From positions 8,066 through 72,065 of the forward strand of contig JBAXSG010000002.1 of the NCBI GenBank assembly GCA_037130865.1: a DNA stretch of 64,000 bases, written 5' to 3'. This document shows positions 58,102 through 64,000 of this stretch, one piece after another. Positions within the stretch are counted from its first letter, which is position 1, and every line of letters starts with the position of its first letter. The translations under genes were made by a program, and so were the position numbers. A model generated the notes under the pieces. That model did no database searches, was not told the DNA's origin, and saw nothing but the letters and a program-made list of their open reading frames with translations. This DNA comes from Candidatus Tayloriibacteriota bacterium (lineage in GTDB: Bacteria; Patescibacteriota; Minisyncoccia; Phycocordibacterales; PALSA-1337).

Positions 58102-60342
58102 ATGAACATCTCCGCTTCTGACAAGCTAGTAGAACATTTTCGGCTGATGCCGATCCAGAAAATTGCACTCAAGAAACTCGGCTTGGAGACCGTGAGTGAC
58201 CTGCTCCATCATTTTCCTGTGCGATATGGAGACACAGCCAAGGCTGAGAATATCGGGACATTGGCCAAAGGCGAGACTGTAGTCATATTTGGTAAGATCA
58301 CTAACCTGAAAGCTAGCAAGGGCTTCCGTACGAAGATTCCTATGGCTTCTGGTACGCTTACAGATGATACTGGGACGATTCATTGTGTCTGGTTCAATCA
58401 GCCCTACCTCGCCAAGATGACTCCCGATGGCGCCTCGGTACGTGTGGAAGGAAAAGTGTCAGCACGCAGAAAAACTGGCGAACTATACCTCTCAAATCCG
58501 AAGATAGAAGTAGTAGACCGATTGCCGACAGGTGTTGGTGATTCATTGTTCAATAAAAACAGTGACAGCGAATCCAGTACAGGACATACGCTCTACCCTG
58601 TTTATTCAGAGTCTCGCGGCATTACTTCTCTTTGGATATATCACGCTATTTTGAAAATCTTCAAGAGTGGCATACTGGATAAAGTCGTTGATTCACTACC
58701 GACGGATATTATAGAAAAATACAATCTGCCAGTATTGAAGACGGCGCTTATTTGGATACACACCCCGATGAAAAATGAGGACGCTCTCTCAGCACGCAAG
58801 AGATTCTCTTTCGAAGAAATATTCCTGATCCAACTTGGGCGACAACGGGCTCGTGCGGCGTATGAGAAAAATCCTACATTTACCATAGAGCCAAATGAGA
58901 AACATGTGCAAGAATTTGTGAAGCGATTCCCCTTCAAGGCCACTGACGCACAAACCCGTGCTATCTCGGCTATCCTCGAAGATATGAGGGGTGACCATCC
59001 AATGTCGCGCCTCCTCGAAGGTGATGTCGGATCTGGGAAAACCGCCGTGGCCGCAACGACTGCTTATGCCGTCATCACTTCAAGGCCACAAATAGTCGGC
59101 GAGGCCGGTCTTGTCAAACAAAATTTCGGACACCTCCAAGTCGCTTACATGTGTCCGACAGAGATCTTGGCTACACAACATTTCGAATCTTTCATACAAT
59201 ATTTTTCATATATGCCGATTCGTATCGCTCTCATAACTGGTTCTGGTTGCAAGATATTCCCTTCTAAGGTCAATCCAAAAGGTTGGACCGATATTTCGCG
59301 TACACAGCTTTTGAAATGGATCGCCGAAGGCACGGTCGCAGTCGTGGTTGGAACACATTCACTCATCCAGAAGTCAGTGAAGTTCAAACATCTCGCTTAC
59401 GCCATAATCGACGAACAACACCGCTTCGGTATGAAGCAACGCGCCGAGTTGGTAAGGAAGAATGAAGAAGGCGCAAAAGGTAAGGCGCAAGGCGCACCAG
59501 CGGCAGCACCACACCTTCTCTCAATGACCGCCACACCTATTCCACGCACGCTCACACTCACTATGTATGGAGACTTGGATCTTACTTTACTCGATGAATT
59601 ACCTGCTGGACGAAAACCTATAATCACAGAAAGTGTTGAGCCAGCCGGTCGCGAGGAGACTTACGAGAAGATTCGCGGAGAACTACGTGCTGGCAGACAG
59701 GCGTTCGTGATATGTCCGCGCATAGATGAGCCAGATCCAGAAAAAGAGTCAGCACTCAATGCCAAATCCGTGAAAGAAGAGGCCAAGAGACTGAAGCGCG
59801 CGGTATTCCCTGAATATGAGATAGGAATCATGCATAGCAAGATGTCGTCAGCGGAAAAAGACAGGGTTATGGACGATTTCAAGCGTGGAAAGATTCACAT
59901 ACTCTGTTCGACTTCAGTTGTTGAAGTCGGTGTCAATGTTCCAAATGCCACAATCATCATCATAGAAGGTGCAGAGAGATTTGGGTTGGCGCAGTTACAT
60001 CAGTTGCGTGGTAGAGTCATGCGCAGTTCACATCAAGCGTATTGCTATGTATTCATCGGTGGCAATTCCGGCAACGGCTCTAGCGGCTCGCAAAAGTCGC
60101 GTGATCGTCTGCGTGCCCTCATAACCGCCAAAAATGGCTTTGAGCTCGCAGAGCTCGACCTAGTCCAGCGTGGTGCTGGCGAACTTTCCGGCGTGCGCCA
60201 ATGGGGTATTTCTGATGTCGCTATGGAAGCATTGAAAAATATGAAAATGGTCGAGGCCGCGCGCACCGAGGCAGTCAGGATTATTGCAAAAGATCCAGAC
60301 TTGAGTGGATTCCCTGGATTGAAGGTGGCGCATTTTGAGTGA
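58102..60342 (+). CDS. recG: ATP-dependent DNA helicase RecG
   Basis: Wedge/OB N-terminal domain, helicase motif I GDVGSGKTAVA, DEQH box (IDEQHRFG), motif VI QLHQLRGRVMR. The ORF-track N-terminal extension overlaps tRNA-Ser and was rejected, so the start is MNISASDK. Confidence 0.9.
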   Translation: MNISASDKLVEHFRLMPIQKIALKKLGLETVSDLLHHFPVRYGDTAKAENIGTLAKGETVVIFGKITNLKASKGFRTKIPMASGTLTDDTGTIHCVWFNQPYLAKMTPDGASVRVEGKVSARRKTGELYLSNPKIEVVDRLPTGVGDSLFNKNSDSESSTGHTLYPVYSESRGITSLWIYHAILKIFKSGILDKVVDSLPTDIIEKYNLPVLKTALIWIHTPMKNEDALSARKRFSFEEIFLIQLGRQRARAAYEKNPTFTIEPNEKHVQEFVKRFPFKATDAQTRAISAILEDMRGDHPMSRLLEGDVGSGKTAVAATTAYAVITSRPQIVGEAGLVKQNFGHLQVAYMCPTEILATQHFESFIQYFSYMPIRIALITGSGCKIFPSKVNPKGWTDISRTQLLKWIAEGTVAVVVGTHSLIQKSVKFKHLAYAIIDEQHRFGMKQRAELVRKNEEGAKGKAQGAPAAAPHLLSMTATPIPRTLTLTMYGDLDLTLLDELPAGRKPIITESVEPAGREETYEKIRGELRAGRQAFVICPRIDEPDPEKESALNAKSVKEEAKRLKRAVFPEYEIGIMHSKMSSAEKDRVMDDFKRGKIHILCSTSVVEVGVNVPNATIIIIEGAERFGLAQLHQLRGRVMRSSHQAYCYVFIGGNSGNGSSGSQKSRDRLRALITAKNGFELAELDLVQRGAGELSGVRQWGISDVAMEALKNMKMVEAARTEAVRIIAKDPDLSGFPGLKVAHFE

Positions 60343-60360
60343 TTTTAAGCATGGACTGAA

Positions 60361-60630
60361 TCATAGGCCTTGAAGTAGGCGCTGGATTTCTGTGAAGTAG
60401 TGGCGACCTTGATCTGTCACATAATAGTATTTGCGCGGAGGACCTACATCTGACTCTTCATATGAATGTGACATAAGATTTTCGCGACGGAGTTTACTCA
60501 AAAGCGGATAAATAGTTCCCTCTTTTGAAGATAGTCCTAGAGCTTTCAGTTTTTGTAGGATTTCTTTGCCATACATTGAGTGGCTGGAAAATATAATCAT
60601 TTTGATGATGAAATAATCCAAGAGTACCAT
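60361..60630 (-). CDS. PadR-family transcriptional regulator
   Basis: SMYGKEILQKL...GTIYPLLSKLRRENLM...RKYYYVTDQG PadR wHTH pattern. The ORF track extends to 60768, so the start is uncertain. Confidence 0.75.
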   Translation of the reverse strand: MVLLDYFIIKMIIFSSHSMYGKEILQKLKALGLSSKEGTIYPLLSKLRRENLMSHSYEESDVGPPRKYYYVTDQGRHYFTEIQRLLQGL

Positions 60631-61061
60631 TCTCAGATCGGCGATTTTCTTGTCCACTAGGTTTGTGTTTAGCGTGGGTGTGGAATCAGATGTGACCAAT
60701 TTCAAATAGGATAGTTTCGCACTATTTTTTGTTTTCAATGGGTATTTTAGAGGAGGCAAAGTTGGCATATATAATTTTAAGAAGTACCTTAGCTTACATT
60801 ATCTTTTGATACTTTGGCAACGAGGGGGGCATGCGCTTTAAAAGGGGTTTTTGAAATAATTTATCCACGAGGTACCTCAGCATAAGCTACACATAATCAA
60901 CCTGCTGACAGTGACTATTCTGTGCCAAAAAACTCAGTAATATATAGGCGGTACCTCGGCTATAAATTATTTCTAAAAGGCTGTTTTGGAGGTGTGTGTC
61001 CCCTCTCGTAGCTGAAATACGGCCAAGAAAAGAGGCCCCGAGCACCCCCCAACAGGCATCA

Positions 61062-64000
61062 CTAATTCGACGACACCCTGATCGTCGCAGTGAATGAGAA
61101 AGTCTTAGCATAAGCAGTCCTCTGCGCATTCTTAGGATCGACTTCATTTATATTGAGCGTAATCTTCACAACTTGAGTGTTACTAGAAGGAGCAGACTTC
61201 ACGAAAGAGAAACCTGTGGCGGTAACAGTGGTAGGTGTGAGACGCACAGCAGTTCCGGCACCTTGACGCATCCACAAAGCACTATTCTGAACATAGAATA
61301 TAGTTGGATTCGTAGCTGTGTCAGTAGTATTTATCGACAAGACATTTCCTAGTCCAAGACTATTTCCGTCGATAGTCGTAGCGCGGTTTGCTCCTTGAAT
61401 ATCGATAATACTGGAAGGTGTGGCATTTCCTGAATCCAGGAGCAAATCAGTTAGAGGATTACTGATAACAAGGTCGATAGATTGACCGACCAGAGCTATA
61501 GACTGTGAACCGGTAAGGTCATATCGCAAGTAAAGACAAGTCGTCGTACCATAACTGACTGGTATGCTGGTAGCGGTTATTTCTCCAGTAGATGTAGCAA
61601 AACTATATTTTCCTGTGGCGGTATAAGTAGCTGGACCAAAACCACCTGACATGACAGCACCATCATAGACAAGGCCACTATTGCATGAACCGGCGGCAGC
61701 TTGGTTGTAGTAGAGCATGACATTACTCAAATAACTATTCGACAATGAACCATTTTGTTTAAATGTAATGCCAGTTATATGCAGATCCGATCCAGAAGAA
61801 GTTCGTGTTGCAGTAAATGCGCCACCCAACATCACCCCACTCGTCGGTATTGTCGTTGTGGCCACTTGTGTACCAGACCAGCTAATCGTCGTGCCAGGAA
61901 TACTGAACAACCAGTTCAAGTTGTTGCCATTGTCGATACTACTACCACTTGCAGTTAACTGACTGTTAGTGCCAGTAGCGATATTGTTGGAGTCTTGGAC
62001 ATTCAAAATATTGAGAGTATTTGCCGGTGAAGCTGAAATATTCGGCAAGAACTTCCACTGTGTACCAGTCTGACTCGAACGCAAGTTAAGATATTGACCA
62101 GAGGCACCAGACAAGTTCGTCGTGCCAAGAACTTGAAAGATTTTTCCAGCAGAGAATGTCAGTGTAGCAGTAGAGCTTATCGTCTTTGTAAGATTATTAA
62201 ATGTCGTAGTTCCCTGACTAGTAACCGACTGACTGCCGCCAGTAAGATTCACTGTGCCACTATTTGCTAAGAATGCACCACCAGCAGCAAATGTTCCGCT
62301 ATTGCGACCTTGATACAGCGCAGCAACTTCCGCTGCTGATATGGCGCGGTTGTATACACGGACATCGTCGATGGAGCCATCAAATTGTTGTCCTGTTCTA
62401 AATCCTATATAAACATTACCTGAATCAGAAAATCCCCAAGTTCCATCACTCTGGCTTATTCCCCTACTAATACCATTCACATACAAAAGCATTGTCGTAC
62501 CATCAAAAGTCATCACTACATGATTCCATGCTCCAGAAGCCACATCATTACTAATAGTCGTATTACCATAAGTTACTCCGCCATTTGGTGAACCTCCTAT
62601 TCGACCATTCGTAGACATTGCAAACATCCACTGGTTACCGACTATGTCGTGATTAAATATTCTACCAAATTTCGAAGTATAGCTTGCACCAGGGGTTGGC
62701 TTGACCCAAGCAGATACTGTCTTAGCTGATGCATTGGATAGTAACGAGACAGTACTAACTCTAATACTGTTAGTACCATTCAATATAATGCCATACGGAT
62801 CACTGAAAGTTATCGGTGGTACTGGTGTAGGAGAAATAGCGGATGGACTACCAACCCATGTGCCATTATTTCCATTTCCAGACGCATCAACAGATGGTGA
62901 TGAGGTTTCGTCGAGCGGCCAATACCCTACCATTCCAGAGGCAAGAGTGGTGGTACCACTTGTTGTATTATCTATAAATGAACCGGCGACATTCAAAGTT
63001 GTAGAGGCGCTAAATATACCATTTGAGACTGTAAATGTTCCGGAATCTGTCATTGTAGTTGGTGCATTGAAGACACCACCACCAAGAGTGAAGCTGTTAG
63101 TGGTGAAGGCCGAACCATTACCATTGAATATACCGCCATTTTGCACAAAACCTTGCGAGTTTAGCGTGAGTGTACGCGCTTGAGTGATGGTTCCTGTATA
63201 AGCTGGATCGATATAAATACCAGCGTAAGTACCACCTGCACTTGCATCGAAGACAGCACTAGTGGTAGCAGTACTATCGAAGAAGAGTTGATACGCCGCA
63301 CTGATCGATGCTGATCCAGCTGCGCCACCAGAAGTAGAAGACCAGTAGTTACCACTCACATTTCCACCGGCTGGACCTTTCCAGTAAGCCTTGAGACCGC
63401 TACCGAAGTTCCAGTTGATGTTGAAACCGCGATCACAAAATGCAACCGCCGTCTGACAGCTAGCGTGAGGCGCAACTACACTTGTAGAAGATGCTGAGTT
63501 CAAAGCACTGATCGCTATCGGTGCGATATTGTTCGAATACCAAGGCGCTACATTGTTGAAATTACGCGTACCAGTAGGGTTAATATTCCACGAGGTTCCA
63601 TTCAAAGATGGATTCAAATAAAGTTTATTCGTCTGACTATTCCCCAACAAGGTCGCTATACCAGACATTGTATATGTATAGCCAGAGTTGAAGGTCAATG
63701 TATCGTAAGCAGCAGCAGTCACCGACTTGGTAAAACTGTAGAATGAAATATCTCGATTGGTGACTATCTGCTTATTACTACCAGTCATAGCAAATATACC
63801 GTTGTTGTGATTGAACACTCCACTAGTCAATGTGAAGTTACCACCAACAGTCGTCGTGGCTGGAGAAGCATTGAGAGTGCCACCATTTACTGTAAGGTCA
63901 CCATTTACTGTGAGATTATAAGGCGTAGTCGTTGCGGTTGAAGATGCGGTGCTGCCAGTTGCAAGGGCTGTAATTTCTGGTGCGGTCAGGACACGATTGT
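61062..64000 (-). CDS. very large secreted Thr/Gly/Asn-rich surface protein with a concanavalin A-like lectin/LamG domain (5'-partial; the frame is open to the window edge)
   Basis: LamG-like segment (KTVSAWVKP...FDGSIDDVRVYNRAISAAEVAALYQG). Manual check shows no in-frame stop between 63830 and 64000 on the minus strand. The track start at 63830 is a TTG, not the true start. Confidence 0.7.
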   Translation of the reverse strand, partial: NRVLTAPEITALATGSTASSTATTTPYNLTVNGDLTVNGGTLNASPATTTVGGNFTLTSGVFNHNNGIFAMTGSNKQIVTNRDISFYSFTKSVTAAAYDTLTFNSGYTYTMSGIATLLGNSQTNKLYLNPSLNGTSWNINPTGTRNFNNVAPWYSNNIAPIAISALNSASSTSVVAPHASCQTAVAFCDRGFNINWNFGSGLKAYWKGPAGGNVSGNYWSSTSGGAAGSASISAAYQLFFDSTATTSAVFDASAGGTYAGIYIDPAYTGTITQARTLTLNSQGFVQNGGIFNGNGSAFTTNSFTLGGGVFNAPTTMTDSGTFTVSNGIFSASTTLNVAGSFIDNTTSGTTTLASGMVGYWPLDETSSPSVDASGNGNNGTWVGSPSAISPTPVPPITFSDPYGIILNGTNSIRVSTVSLLSNASAKTVSAWVKPTPGASYTSKFGRIFNHDIVGNQWMFAMSTNGRIGGSPNGGVTYGNTTISNDVASGAWNHVVMTFDGTTMLLYVNGISRGISQSDGTWGFSDSGNVYIGFRTGQQFDGSIDDVRVYNRAISAAEVAALYQGRNSGTFAAGGAFLANSGTVNLTGGSQSVTSQGTTTFNNLTKTISSTATLTFSAGKIFQVLGTTNLSGASGQYLNLRSSQTGTQWKFLPNISASPANTLNILNVQDSNNIATGTNSQLTASGSSIDNGNNLNWLFSIPGTTISWSGTQVATTTIPTSGVMLGGAFTATRTSSGSDLHITGITFKQNGSLSNSYLSNVMLYYNQAAAGSCNSGLVYDGAVMSGGFGPATYTATGKYSFATSTGEITATSIPVSYGTTTCLYLRYDLTGSQSIALVGQSIDLVISNPLTDLLLDSGNATPSSIIDIQGANRATTIDGNSLGLGNVLSINTTDTATNPTIFYVQNSALWMRQGAGTAVRLTPTTVTATGFSFVKSAPSSNTQVVKITLNINEVDPKNAQRTAYAKTFSFTATIRVSSN

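Noticed and set aside
63828-63830. Start of the giant surface protein at 63830 as given in the ORF track
   Set aside because: The codon is TTG and the frame remains open with no stop to position 64000, so the gene is 5'-truncated by the window rather than starting here.

Overview
Dense, low-GC (about 40%) bacterial window that reads well in the standard code (many genes end in TGA, and an RF2 gene is present). Gene content resembles a small-genome, possibly CPR/Patescibacteria-like organism, but this is inference from content and was not searched. There is a complete type IV pilus locus with pilM, pilN, pilO, pilP-like, pilB, pilT, pilC, pilD, two pilins and four prepilin-type genes, with comFC beside it. 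There are seven tRNA genes, a LAGLIDADG homing endonuclease and a SWIB domain protein. Housekeeping genes are ligA, gatC, gatA, pyrG, ftsE, ftsX, prfB, tyrS, recG, a cyclophilin PPIase, a DHH phosphoesterase and an ECF sigma factor. Two paralogous MacAB-like tripartite ABC efflux modules are present. A long co-directional minus-strand array runs 11227-24951 and combines a ZIP transporter, a P1B-like P-type ATPase, a type-II NADH dehydrogenase, a FAD-linked oxidase, a SAM methyltransferase, a wHTH-Nudix fusion, and a DoxX / FMN-binding / ApbE flavinylation cassette. The most striking feature is at 25064-26944. tRNA-Gln(CTG) is preceded by three perfect tandem 36-bp repeats, each holding a promoter plus the first 12 nt of the tRNA. 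Its last 4 nt form the outer end of a 1705-bp unit that carries a single large serine recombinase gene and is bounded by perfect 153-bp GC-rich terminal inverted repeats. This looks like a tRNA-targeted, recombinase-only mobile or invertible cassette of an unusual type. All coordinates derive from the ORF track plus manual reading, and some tRNA ends may be off by 1-2 nt.
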